DNA from: Cetorhinus maximus
Taxonomy: Eukaryota
Direction: 5' to 3'
Assembly (NCBI RefSeq): GCF_964194155.1
Contig: NC_135896.1
Location: 87,420,001 to 87,484,000 of the forward strand
Length of the DNA stretch: 64,000 nt
A program made the translations under genes and the position numbers. The notes beneath the pieces were generated by a model. It searched no databases and was not told where the DNA came from. It saw only the letters and a list, made by a program, of their open reading frames with translations. The stretch's first letter is position 1, and every line of letters starts with the position of its first letter. Shown here piece by piece: positions 38,896-50,430 of this stretch.

Positions 38896-39023
38896 CAGCT
38901 CTTGACTTCATCACATCCTTGGTTCAAACATGGACAAAAGAGCTGAACTCTCGAGGTGAGAGTGACTGACTGCCTTTGACATCAAGGCAGCCTTTGACTG
39001 AGTGCGGCATCAAGGAGCCCCAA

Positions 39024-39139
39024 GGGGAGATGGTGGTGTAGTGGTAATGTCACTAGACTATTAATCCAGAGACCCAGGCTAATGCTCTAAGGGCACAGGT
39101 TCAAATCCCATCATGGTAGCCAGTGGAATTTAAAAATTA
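39024..39139 (+). mobile_element. Head-only HE1-like SINE with 15-bp TSD
   Basis: A-box tggtgtagtgg, B-box ggttcaaatcc. Perfect TSD atcaaggagccccaa at 39009-39023 and 39140-39154. Confidence 0.9.
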
Positions 39140-41289
39140 ATCAAGGAGCCCCAACAAAACTAGAGTCAATTGGAATTAGGGGGAAAGCTCTCCACTGGAT
39201 GGAGCCATACCTAGCACAAAGGAAGGTGGTTGTGGGTATTGGAGGTCAATCATCTTAGTTCTAGGATATCACTGCAGGAGTTCCTCAGGGTCCAACCACC
39301 TTTAGCTGCTTCATTAATGACCTTCCTTCCATCATAAGGTCAGATGTGGGGATGTTCACTGATGATTGCACAATGTTCAACACCATTCAGGACTCCTCAG
39401 GTACTGAAGCAGTCCATGTCCAAATGCAGCAAGATCTGGACAATATCCAGGCTTGGGCTGACAAGTGGCAAGTAACATTCACACCACACAAGTGCCAAGC
39501 AATGACCATCTCCAACAAGAGAGATTCCAACCATAGTTCAAAATTCAATGGCATTACCATCATTGAAACCCCCACTATCAACATCTTGGGGGTTGACCAG
39601 AAACTGAACTGGACTAGCCATATAAATACAGTGGCTACAAGAGCAGGACAAAGGCTAGGATTCCTGCGGCGAGCAACTCACTTCTGACTTCCCAAAGTCT
39701 GTCTATCATCAACAAGGCACAAGGAGTGTGATGGAATACTCTCCATTTGCCAGGATGAGTGCAACCCCAACAACACTTAAGAGGCTCGATACCATCCAGT
39801 ACTAAGCAGCCCACATAATTGCACCACATCCACAAATACTCATTCCCTCCACCACCGATGCACAGTGGTAGCAGTGTGTACCATCTACAAGATGCACTGC
39901 AGGAACTCACCAAGCCTCTTTAGACAGCACCTTCCAAACCCGTGACCACTACCATCTGAAAGGGCAGGGGCAGCAGACAGATTAGAACACCACCACTAGG
40001 AGGTTCCCCTTCAAGCCACTCACTATCCTGACTTGGAAACATATCGCTGTTCCTTCACTGTCGCCTGGTCAAAATCCTGGAACTCCCTCCCTAACAGCAC
40101 TGTGCGTGTACCTACACCACATGGACTGCAGTGGTTCAGGAAGGCAGCTCCCACCACCACCACCTTCTCGAGGGCAATGAGGAATGGGCAATAAGTGCTG
40201 GCCTAGTCAGCAACAACCACAGCCCGTGAATGAAGTAAGTAAAACATGGCTCAGTTCTACACTAATATCCTGCTATAACATACTTCTGATATTAGAACAG
40301 CATGCTCTGGATCCCAGCCCAGTATTACAAGTTAATGCAAAACAGAACAGGTAAATTGTACATTAGTTACCAAAGGAAGGTGACGTAAACGCACACCAAA
40401 AAAAAAGGTAATTGCTTTAAAAGAATTTAAAACAAACTTTCGGGGCCATGGTGTCTACAGTGATAGATTCAGCAGTGATAGTGGGCTGGTTTGCTTCTTG
40501 GACTACAAGAAAGCTGTCTGCCCGCAGGCTCTTCTCATACAATTAGTAATCTCACCAGCAGTCAGGAGGCTAATGAACAGCATTCCGTACATGCATTCAA
40601 GTACACTCTTACAACACATATAAAGCTCTGTCGTGCCTCAATACAAGCTGACTCCTCCACCTCAAAACAAAAGTAGAACAAATAATGTGTAGCTCAGTGT
40701 AATGCAAAAATGCATTTAATGCAGGTTCCGGGTTGTTCCTATGGAATGTTCTACACTGGCAACTCATTTCCTTCAAACAGCATTTGAAGGAAAAATAAGT
40801 TTCTGAAACCCGAATGGTTTTTCCCTCATTAAGAAGCTATTTTTCTTCATGAAGAGAAGATGACATTAGCCAGTTTGTGGTTATGAACCAACATTTGTTT
40901 TTGCTTTCCTTGTAATCTACTTCCACTTCTCATATTTAACTCCACCATGGAAACCAGTAACGTTAGTTGCTGTTTGCCATGGGAAAATAAGAGAAGTGCG
41001 GGATTAATCAAGGGTCACCAGAGGACGATTGGGCCCGCCTGTAGGCTGCAAACCACATATATAAAGGAGAGGTAGACTTATTTGGACTAATCAGAGGTAA
41101 AGATTGCCAAAGGAAACTGTGACAAAGTTGCACTGCATGCTGAAAGGTTTCCTGCATCCAACTTGTATTGTGGAATTATAACTGCCACTACCGGTGGACA
41201 AAGTTGCTCTGCTTCTATGCTAGGCATCATCCACCCATTTAAAGGTTAACACAGCATCAGTGTATGCAGCTATTTATTTTTAGTGCCAG

Positions 41290-41853
41290 AGAATCATATA
41301 TTGTACAGGTGGTGGCATTTGGCCCATCAAGTCCATGCTGGCTCCCCACCCCACCCCGCGGCAATCTAAAATCAGCCCCACAAGTTTATTTCCTTCAAGT
41401 GCCCATCCAATACACTTCTGAAAGCATTGAATGTTCCTGTGTTACTGCATCCAACCCTTCTCAATGCAGAGTTCCAGGTCATTACTGCTCACTGCACAAA
41501 AAAAGTTCTTCGTCATATTTCCCCTGCATCACTTGTCCAAAACCTTAAACCCATATTCCCTAGTCCTTGTACAATCAGCTGATGAGAAGAGTTTTTCCTC
41601 ATCTGCCTTATCTAACTGGCTTAATCTTGTAGACCTCTATCAAATCTCCTGTCCATCTCCTTTGCACCCAGGAGAACCCCACCCTTTCCAATCTAACCTT
41701 GTAACTAACCATCACATCCCCCCCCCCCATCCCTGCTAACATTCTGGTAAATCTCCTTTGCACCCCCTCAAGGACCTTCACGTCTTTGCCAAGTGTGGTG
41801 AACAGAACTGGGATGGAATACTCCAGCTGGGGTGTCATCAGAGCTTTATGTAG
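41290..41853 (-). mobile_element. CR1 3' fragment
   Basis: ORF 41608-41838 has PQLEY…KDVKVLEGVQRRFTRM…GDLIEVYKI; CR1 3' UTR near 41290-41345. Confidence 0.88.
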
Positions 41854-42354
41854 TGGCTCCTTAAAAGTTTCCTTTCATCCCACATCAGAATCCCTCATCA
41901 ATACTATCGGTGCAGCTGTGAGCAAACAAAACTGTCCACGTCAGATCCGTTGCCCTGTTCTACCTCTCATTAAAAAGTTACCATTTTGGCATAGATAAAC
42001 TATTTGTCATTCACCTGCCTAGTTACATTTAATACAGTGCAAGTTCTCTATAATTTTCATCTAACACTAATGTACACATGCCTTGAATGGTGCTGCCATT
42101 TTGCAATTTTGGAAGTACAACCATGCATTGCAAGTTTAACTGTTGCTCCCTTGTTAAATTAATGCAGGTCCAGGAGTAGACTTCAACCCTTCTGCCATAG
42201 ACATCAATTAGATGGTAATGAGCTCTCATGCTCAACATAAGAATCTCCAGAAAAATGTTAGCTTTTACTGGGTTTGTAAGAAAGTGCCTGCAAAAGACTG
42301 GTCCAATAGCCTCAAAATATCCTGGATCCAACTTTTATATAAAAGACAGTAGCA

Positions 42355-42592
42355 AACTTTTTCATGTAGGGAGTGGTTAAGGTCTGAAATGCACTGGTCT
42401 GGGAGTGTGGTGGAGGTAGGTTCAATCAAGGTATTCAAAAGGTAATTAGACTGCTATCCAAAAAGGAAGAATGCGCAGGGTTACAGGGAGAAGGCAGGAT
42501 TAATGGCATTAGGTGAATTGTTCATTCGGACAGCTGGTACATACACGAGGGGCTGAATGGCCTGCTTCTGTGCTGTAATAATTCTGTGATTG
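42355..42592 (+). mobile_element. CR1 3' fragment
   Basis: gtggtggaggtaggttcaatc…gggctgaatggcctgcttctgtgctgtaatattctgtgatt; same subfamily as 48372-48797. Confidence 0.85.
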
Positions 42593-43074
42593 TGAACTAT
42601 TATGTTCGGAGGTGTTCGTTAGAAATATCAGTGATGCTCCAAGGTGAACACGAGGTGCATTTCTGCTGGTTAGAGCTGCTTATATGTAACTTATGATTGC
42701 TTATTAGCTTCAGCTTCCTACAATTATGTTCATCTTTAACCTGTTCACTGTAATCTTAATTCATAAAGAACATTCACTTCTCGTCTTTCATTTCAGGTGC
42801 AAGTTCCCTTTTATAAGGGGCGTCTATTGAACATCCTCAAAACTTTTATCTAAACTCCTTATTTCTACCCACTTTCCCTTCTTCTGGGCCTTGGTATGTT
42901 TTCTCAAGTTTTTTTCATTTCCACCAAGTGGCCATTGTTCAAGCTTGGATCTGGGCAGCAAGGATCGACCATGAGAAATATAACTCTGTGAGACTAAGCC
43001 AGATTCTGTCCTCAACCAACATCCAGTTACTTGAATTTTACCAAAAAGGAATTGCAAGGAAAAACAGAGGTCCA

Positions 43075-43270
43075 AAAACTTGCATTTGTATAGCACCTCG
43101 TACAACCTCAGGACCTCCTAAAGATCTTTCTAATCAGTCGAGTACTTTTTGAAGTGTAGTCACTGGTGCAATGTCAGGGATCTGGCAGCAAATTTGCCTA
43201 CAGCAAGATCTTACAAACAGCAATGAGGTAATGATCAGATAACCCATTTTTAGTGATCGCGGTTGAGGGA
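43075..43270 (-). mobile_element. Deu-domain SINE 3' half
   Basis: cttgcatttgtatagcacc…gaagtgtagtcactg…acaaacagcaatg…gttgaggga is the reverse complement of the 22700-22900 type sequence. Confidence 0.85.
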
Positions 43271-43570
43271 GAGTGTTCACATTGTCGAGCCTGGAGGTCA
43301 CAAAAGCATGCTTGAGGGGTTTCAAGATTTCAGCAACAAATGGGCTAAAGCAGGCGCAGAGGTGGATGATATTATAGAGATGGGATTAGGCAGTCTTTGT
43401 GGTGGGCAGGCTTTGAAGTTGGAAGCTCAGCTCAGGGTCAAAAAAAAGGTGCCGAGGATAGAAGCAGCCTGGTTCAGCCTGAGACAGTGGCCAAGGAGTG
43501 GGTGGAATTTGGTGGCTAGGGTACAAAGTTTTTGGCAGGGGCCAAGGACAGTGACTTTGATCTTCCAGCA
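43271..43570 (-). mobile_element. L2 LINE RT C-terminal fragment
   Basis: Translations HAFVTSRLD and LFFDPELSF…TTKTA are characteristic L2 ORF2 motifs. Confidence 0.8.
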
Positions 43571-44121
43571 TATCTTTTCGAATAAAAGTAAATTCCTTTT
43601 ATTAAGTCAATTTCATACAGTAATAGTATCTGGTTCAATTCGTGAATGGTGGTATCCTTGAGCCATTTTCGGACCAGATTTGAAATATTAGGTACTATTT
43701 AAATTTTAAGCAAAGGACCTGGATTTAAAAATGTAGAAACGTCACAGCAGAGGCAAAAAAGTGCTATCTTCCAAAAAAAAAAAAATTTCTGGGATAGTCA
43801 GGATGCAAAAAATAAAACTTGACAGCATTTCCATGGGATAATTAAATTAGTCCAAATCCAAACCAGTAGATCAAACACAACATCACTTTAATGCTGTAAT
43901 GACACCGATTTTCCCTCAAAAAAAACTTTGCTTTATTTTTCATGAGGATCAAACTGATCTACACAAATTTTTTAAAAAATCAATCACCAGCTGAACCAAC
44001 ATATTAAAGAGTTAAGGAAGAAAGAAAAAAAAGTATTTCCTAGGAACAGAACCTTTATTTCAGTGCCACCAAAAAAACAGATTTCCCACATCAACCAGTT
44101 CAATTTGCTCCATCTTTCCAA

Positions 44122-45452
44122 TGTAAGGAACATATCTTTATTTCTGTTGGACTGCTGTAAAGAACATATATCTTTTTATTTTCTGTTGGACTGTGGATTA
44201 AAATTACAATGGCTGCAGTTTGAAAGACATGTCCACTGGAACAGGGTGAGAGATATATACAACATTGCAGGCCTGGAACAGAGTGTGCCATAAAAGACAG
44301 GATGGTGCCAGAAAGGAGCCCTGGACCAAGGGAGCTGCCTGGCAACAACGTTTTAATTGGTTCCTGACCAGGTGACCAGGCTTTTGAGAGGGCAGTGCAG
44401 AAGAATAGCTCCTAGCCTGAAAGGAACAAGACCTAAAACCTCTCTCTCCCGTGTGTGTCAGATTCTAGTAATTCCGCAATAATAGCTAGCTGGCTTTTTC
44501 TCCTCATACAGAACCACAGAATTCTTACGTTGCAGAAAGAGGCCATTCGGCCCATCATGTCTGCATTGGCTCGCTGACCATTTTAACTTAGTGCCAATCT
44601 CATGCCTTTTCCCCGTAACCCTGCCAAAAAATGGGAACAATCATCCAATGCCCTCTTGAATGCCTCAATCGAACCTGCCTCCACCACACTTCCAGACAGT
44701 GCATTCCAAACCCTAACTACTCGCTGTGTGAAAAAGTTTTTTTTCTCACCTCGCATTTGCTTCTTTTAAAACACTTTAAAACTATGCCCTCTGGTTCTCA
44801 ATCTGTTTACAAGCAGGAATAGCTTCTCCCTATCTACTCTGTCCAGCTCCCTTATGATTTTGAAAACTTCTATCAAGTCTCCTCTTAGCTTTCTCTCCAA
44901 GGATGTATATATAACCTGCTCTCTCTCTGAAAACCTCTGTCAAGAGGCAAAGGGGAAAACCACTGTTAGAGACATTGAAAAGCAAGTTCTCAACCAGTGA
45001 ACTAAATACTGAAAGTGCTGGAAGACCACCTCATGTCCTCAACAAGAACTGAAAGGAATTTGGAAGACATCGATCAAAATCAACCCATTGAATCCTGTAC
45101 TCTGGAATTGGTGCTATTGAACTGTTTTATCCCACCCTTTAAATCCATGTTTTTTTGTGTGTGCCTTGTATGTGTGTGTATAAGGATTTAAGAAGGAGTA
45201 GAGTTTAGGTTAGAGAGTTAGAAATTAGCAGTTCATATTTCTTTCTTTTGCCACTGGTTAACGACAGTTTGTTCAATAAACAATTACTTACTTATTAAAT
45301 TTACAAACCTGGTGCTCATATTCTGTTAACCTAAACTAAACAGTTTGGTAGAATTGGGGCAATCTGGTGGTTTGGCCAAACTTCTCACATTTGTTGTGGC
45401 TCGGGGAACAGTGGGGCTTGATATTAGTGCACTATTCCAGTGAGTCGTGACA
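44122..45452 (+). mobile_element. Probable solo LTR (Gypsy-like) interrupted by a CR1 fragment
   Basis: TGT…ACA termini; near-TSD ccaa/ccac; TATA-like tatatataa (~44906) and AATAAA (45275); ~34-bp tandem duplication of its first bases (44122-44194). Confidence 0.6.
44504..44902 (-). mobile_element. CR1 3' fragment nested in the LTR
   Basis: gaaagaggccattcggcccatc…cctcaatcgaacctgcctccaccac…aagtctcctct is the reverse complement of the CR1 subfamily at 48372-48797. Confidence 0.85.
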
Positions 45453-47454
45453 CCACCAACAGCATTCATTCTAGCCTGGCAAGAAGTCACAAAAGCTGGC
45501 GGAAGCTAATTACTTTTCTTGCCTATATTGACAGGCTGCTTTCAACAAGAGAAAGAAACTGGGAATGCTCAATAAAAAATATGTCAGCTCTGGCTGGAGA
45601 CCAGAATGGCCTGTGCGGTTACCTGGGGAGCAGCGAAGAAACGTATCCGGGGAATATCGGCACGTCCCTCAACCACATTACTAGGCAAAAGTTACAAATC
45701 AGCAAGCTGCAAAATCATCCACCACCCAGAATGAAAATTGTGAAAAATGCCAAAATAATTTTGTCTTGAATTCCTGCCCATAAATTGTTTTTACAGCCTG
45801 ACTTCAAAATTACAGATGCCACTCTTTAGGATTTAAGGATTTCCTGATAGTGGGAATTGAAATTTAAGATGGAAAATGAGAATCACTGCGATCCCACCAC
45901 AGGAAATATAAAAGTAGTTTCTTAACAGAAATTCTTCACTGTCATTCACATACAGAAGCACAGATGGTTAAGCGTTTAACAGAAGCCAATACATTGCAGA
46001 GGTCGACTAAACTACAAGATAATCCAAAAGATATCTTTTACTTTAAATGCACAAAGAAGAATCATTAGTGTTTTTGGTATAAAAAGATCTTCTACCATAA
46101 ATGGTCTGATTTTGCAGTAGGGAAAGGGAAAGAGGGGGTAAAAAAAGACAGGATATGAGGAGAGACTCAGTTGGTGGGGCGGGGTGGGACAAAAAGAGTG
46201 GGCAGTGGGGAGAGATGGCTCATTTTATTAAGAAACAGGATCATACAATTAAATATCTTGTTTCCATGCAACTCGTTGTTCATACCTATTTTACATCAAC
46301 ATCTATGGGGATATGGAGTATGGAGGGGAAGCAGGAGGATGGAGAGCATAATTAAAATTTACAAAACCAGTCTTTTAATCAACAAAATAGCTGAGGCAAT
46401 CTACATAAGATACCCGACTTTAACCAACAAACTTGGTTCAATGTCATTGAACAAAAACATTCAAGTCACCACATGCAGTGCTTCCAGCCAACGCCAACAG
46501 TGGAAAAGGAAAGAGCTGACATCTCAGGCAATTGGCTCATTTTGTTCATTTAAGATGGAATGTGTGGGGGTGGGGTGGAGGGCCCCAGTTGTGCATAGGA
46601 CCACCAAAAAATCCCCTAAACTTGAAACAGCTCAAGAGCTTCCTTTAGCCTCCATAATATGGCATTTGCTTCACTTCAAGCTTCAATGCAATTCAAAGTG
46701 GTCACCTCGCTGTTTTTTCGGCAAGATTGCACAGAGTGAACCCTCTTTTTCTCATCCTTCCCCCGCTATCCAACAGAATACTCGGATATGTGGCAAGGAC
46801 AGCGGAAATTGAGTTTGTGCTGAGGCTTTACAACACACCGACCAAAATATGACTTGGGAGCACTGTGTAAGAGAGGATATTAGGACCACAGGATCTTAGC
46901 GGTGAAAACTACACAGTTACAACAGATACCAGAAGCAACACCTTCACATAATCCACCATGAGCAGAAGTGGATTTGACTTTGGGACACCATTGCACTCAC
47001 TGGTTTGAGCTCAAATACTGAAGGAGCAAGCTTGGATGCCCAATTATTTATTCTCATTTGTTTTTTTTTCCAATTATATAGTTTTTAGATAAATTGGAGA
47101 AGTGACACAGGAGAAGAGAAGAAAGCCTAGAGAAGCACTTTACTTCACTCTATATTGCTCTATAAAAAGACAGACCCATGATTGGGAAAAAGGCTTATAG
47201 GGAATCAAAGCAGCAAAACATGTAGTTTTTAAATCAGTGCAGTGAGGCACCAATATGCAACCTCCAACAGGGTCTGTAGTATACGAAGTAACACTTAATT
47301 GTTTATCGATAACCAAACTGGGCAAAAAGGCATTCCCAATCATCCTCTCAGCATCTTTATCCTCGCCAATGATAAATTAAGTCAACATTCCAAGTTTCTC
47401 CAATAACAGTAAATTTATACAGCAAGTAGCTGTTCCTCTAGGCAAACAGGCCCC

Positions 47455-47670
47455 AGATTCAATAACTTGTCCATATTGTAGCCAGTGCAAACTGGAATAA
47501 TGATGGTGTTACAACAATTAGCCTCAGTGCCCCTGGGTTAGGGAATGTGGAAAGAGAAAATCCCACTCCCAATGGGTCAAGTTGGGAATTGCTTGTGTGG
47601 GGTTGCTGGATGGGGACTGGATCAGTTTTGGCGGTGGTGCCAGCTCCCTTTAAACAGCATGACACTCACC
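47455..47670. mobile_element. Degenerate SINE-like fragment
   Basis: acaattagcctcagtgcccctgggttaggga…gacactcac resembles remnants near 28770-28870 and 59740-59790. Confidence 0.4.
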
Positions 47671-48371
47671 TGTAAAGATAGACTTGTGAGAGAAGGGATC
47701 TGATAAGGGAGAAGGACAATGAGCTAGTTGCAGAGATTTGATGTTTATAGTCAAGTGGCTAGGAAACCTCTTTATGGGGGGAAAAAATTAACTCTTTGAT
47801 CTTGGATCAAAATCACAAGCAAAAGATTCTAGCAATTTTACTGATTCACGCTTTGTGCACTATTGAAAACCTATCTATAGCATTGAAGTGGCAAAAATGT
47901 TGTCTTGTATTACTCCTGTGAAGCAGCTTGGGATGTTCTATTACATTAAAGTCACTATATAAATACAAGATGATGACAATCTAACATTTTCCAGTTCTGA
48001 TGATAGATTAGCAACTTGTAACGCTAATTCTGTTTCTTTAAGGATGCTGCCTGACCTGCTGAGTGTTTGCAGCATTTTCTCTTCACTGTGTAATCCCTTT
48101 AATTTCTTAAATCCTCAATTGTCTTTCAAGTAAAACAGATTACATCTTGGTTAAGATCGTGCATCAGCGTGCCAGATGTTTTGCATGATGGATAACGGTT
48201 ACCAACTGTAGTTAGATGTATTCCTGAAGGTTGCACCAGGTGCCCTCACACTTCTGCCCCATCTAAACTTTTTTTCCCCCATCTCTATTCTTAGAAATTA
48301 ACTAAAATATCCTTCCCTTTTAGAAATAAAATATCCTCCTCCCAGATTTTGTCCAGGGAAGAATGGTAGGA

Positions 48372-48797
48372 TAAGTTGGAGAGGTTGGGTCTCTCTTCCT
48401 TGGAGTAAAGGTGGCTGGGAGGAGACTTGATAGAGGCATTCAACATCCTGAGGGTATAGACAGGGTAAATAGTGAGAAGCTGTTCCCACTCAAGAGAACA
48501 TCAAGAAAAAGAGGGCACAGATTCAAAATAATTGGCAAAAGCAGTAAGTGTGATGTGAGGAAATATTTTTTCACCCACAGGGTGGTCGGTGTCTGGAACA
48601 AACTTCTTGAAAGGGTGGTGGAGGCAGGTTTGATCGAGGTATTCAGAAGGGAATTGGATTGCTACCCGAAAAGAAATAATGCGCAAGGTTACAGGCATAA
48701 GGCAGGGGAGTGGGACTAGGTGGAATGCTCTTTCAGAGAGCTAGTGCGGATTTGGTGGGCTGAATGGCCTCCCTCTGCACTGTAAAGATACTGTGAA
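48372..48797 (+). mobile_element. CR1 3' fragment
   Basis: ORF 48411-48719: GIDRVNSEKLFPL…RGHRFKIIG…VRKYFFTHRVVGVWN; 3' UTR gggctgaatggcctccctctgcactgta. Confidence 0.9.
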
Positions 48798-49929
48798 CCT
48801 TTATCTGCAAAAAAGCCTGTCTGAATCAGGAGCAATTCATTAAAATTCAAGTGCATTACATTATTTGGTAATGCAACATAGAGGGAAATTATTTCCAAGT
48901 TCAGTAAAATTCAGTACTTGCACAACATATGCTATCACATAAGTGATAGCCGCTCATTTCCACCAGTACATACCATCTCCATTTGCCGCACAAACTACTT
49001 TAAACAAGGATTGTCCATTTAAGATTTTCTTCCATTGAGTTATCCAGAAATGCCACAAATATGTAAAAAGGTGACAGCATACCGTTTAAGGTGCAGGAAA
49101 TGAGCTCTTTTCTGGCCTGAATTGAAGGATTCCACAGCAAATGGGCAAAAGTATCCCAATGGGGTCCATCTAGGGGCCTGTGTTCCTAAGCCTTTGCACT
49201 GGCTTTTGCTCAGATCTGCCAAGAGAGCCCTTTTTCCACATACCTTTGGCAGAGTCAGCCAGTTTCAAAACATTTTGTTACTTCAACTACTTGTGCACTG
49301 GCAGATTTTGACAAGCAGCTGTTTAAACACACAGGAAACAAAAACTAGCAAAATCTCGACAATTACTTGGAGACTATCCAATCAAAACGTCTTTGTTTTT
49401 CACAGCTGAGCTACAGATTACACAAATACAAATTTATCAAAGTTGAATTCAATTGGCATTTTAGGCAATCTCTACAGAGATCTTAATTTGTTAAATGGTC
49501 AAATATTCAAAAACAACAAATCCAAATATTCAGATAATTTATTTCCTTTCTCTTCTCTAAAGGTGGACCGACTCACGGTGAAGGGCAGTCCCAACTGTAC
49601 CAATCACCCTTTGATACCTCAATAGTGTGGGGGGGGTTTGCATCCTGACATGTGGGTTCAAGCATGCAGTACCAAACATTTGAGAGAACTGGAACAGCAT
49701 TACAGCTAATTCTAATCTTCCATCAACACCCACAGCAGGGGTCACTAGATGACCATCAACACAGCTGCTGTCCTGAATGAGAGTGGTCAACTCAGCACAG
49801 TAATGGAATCTAACCCGGGACCTTCTAACCTCTAATAGTTCAATAAAAAGACTACTACAGTTCAATATGACAATCTTCACAACACTGAACCATCTTTAAC
49901 CATCCAGCCTGAATTGGTCTTTGAAAATC

Positions 49930-50027
49930 TTTGAAGGTGGCAGGACAAGTTGATAAGGCAATTTACAAAGCAAATGGGATCCTTCGTTTTGTAAATAGAG
50001 GCATAGAATACAAAAGCAAGAAAGTGG
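49930..50027 (+). mobile_element. CR1 ORF2 internal fragment
   Basis: Translation KVAGQVDKAIYKANGILRFVNRGIEYKSK. Confidence 0.8.
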
Positions 50028-50044
50028 GTTCCGGTTGTCCAGTG

Positions 50045-50430
50045 AAAAAAACAAAAAACTGCGGATGCTGGAAATCCAAAGCAAAAACAGAATTACCTGG
50101 AAAAACTCAGCAGGTCTGGCAGCATCGGCGGAGAAGAAAAGGGTTGACGTATCGAGTCCTCATGACCCTTCAACAGAACTGAGTAATATTAGGAGAGGGG
50201 TGAAATATGCTCCTATCACTGCTTGCTTGTCCCTACAACCACACTCCCCTGCCACCCCAACTTCTCTCCCCCCACCCCACCACCCCCCCACCTTAAACCA
50301 GCTTATATTTCACCCCTCTCCTAATATTACTCAGTTCTGTTGAAGGGTCATGAGGACTCGAAACGCCAACTCTTTTCTTCTCCGCCGATGCTGCCAGACC
50401 TGCTGAGTTTTTCCAGGTAATTCTGTTTTT
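50045..50430. mobile_element. Young Penelope-like insertion with inverted pseudo-LTR arms (~125 bp) and 17-bp TSD
   Basis: Arms ~50083-50207 and ~50306-50430 are near-perfect reverse complements. TSD gttccggttgtccagtg at 50028-50044 and 50431-50447. Confidence 0.9.
50333..50371 (+). ncRNA. Minimal type-I hammerhead ribozyme-like motif (variant core); mirror copy on the minus strand at 50142-50180
   Basis: AGTT-CTGTTGA-A-GGGTC-atgag-GACTC-GAAA-CG-CC-AACT gives helix I AGTT/AACT, helix II GGGTC/GACTC and a minimal helix III as in PLE hammerheads. The core deviates from CUGAnGA. Confidence 0.6.

Larger units (their letters stand above)
37828..40243 (+). mobile_element. HER1-like LINE, 5'-truncated with intact 3' tail, carrying nested SINEs
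   Basis: Colinear with 33320-34755. RT (NPANYHPISLLS, GMFTDDCTMF…QQDLDNIQAWADKWQ…NILGV..KLNWTSHIN). 3' tail agggcaatgaggaatgggcaataagtgctggcc…cccgtgaatgaa. Confidence 0.92.

Noticed and set aside
38575-39139. tRNA-like sequences with A and B boxes
   Set aside because: They are SINE heads with TSDs and imperfect cloverleafs, not tRNA genes; the same applies at ~18500-18592, 22475 and 32170.
46171-46812. Longest non-TE ORF (213 aa)
   Set aside because: Starts at TTG, has no recognisable domain and a composition typical of translated non-coding DNA, and has no convincing splice sites.
50085-50110. Minus-strand ttttccag|gtaatt juxtaposed splice motif (also at ~62300)
   Set aside because: Part of the high-copy PLE terminus, so not evidence for a host recursive splice site.
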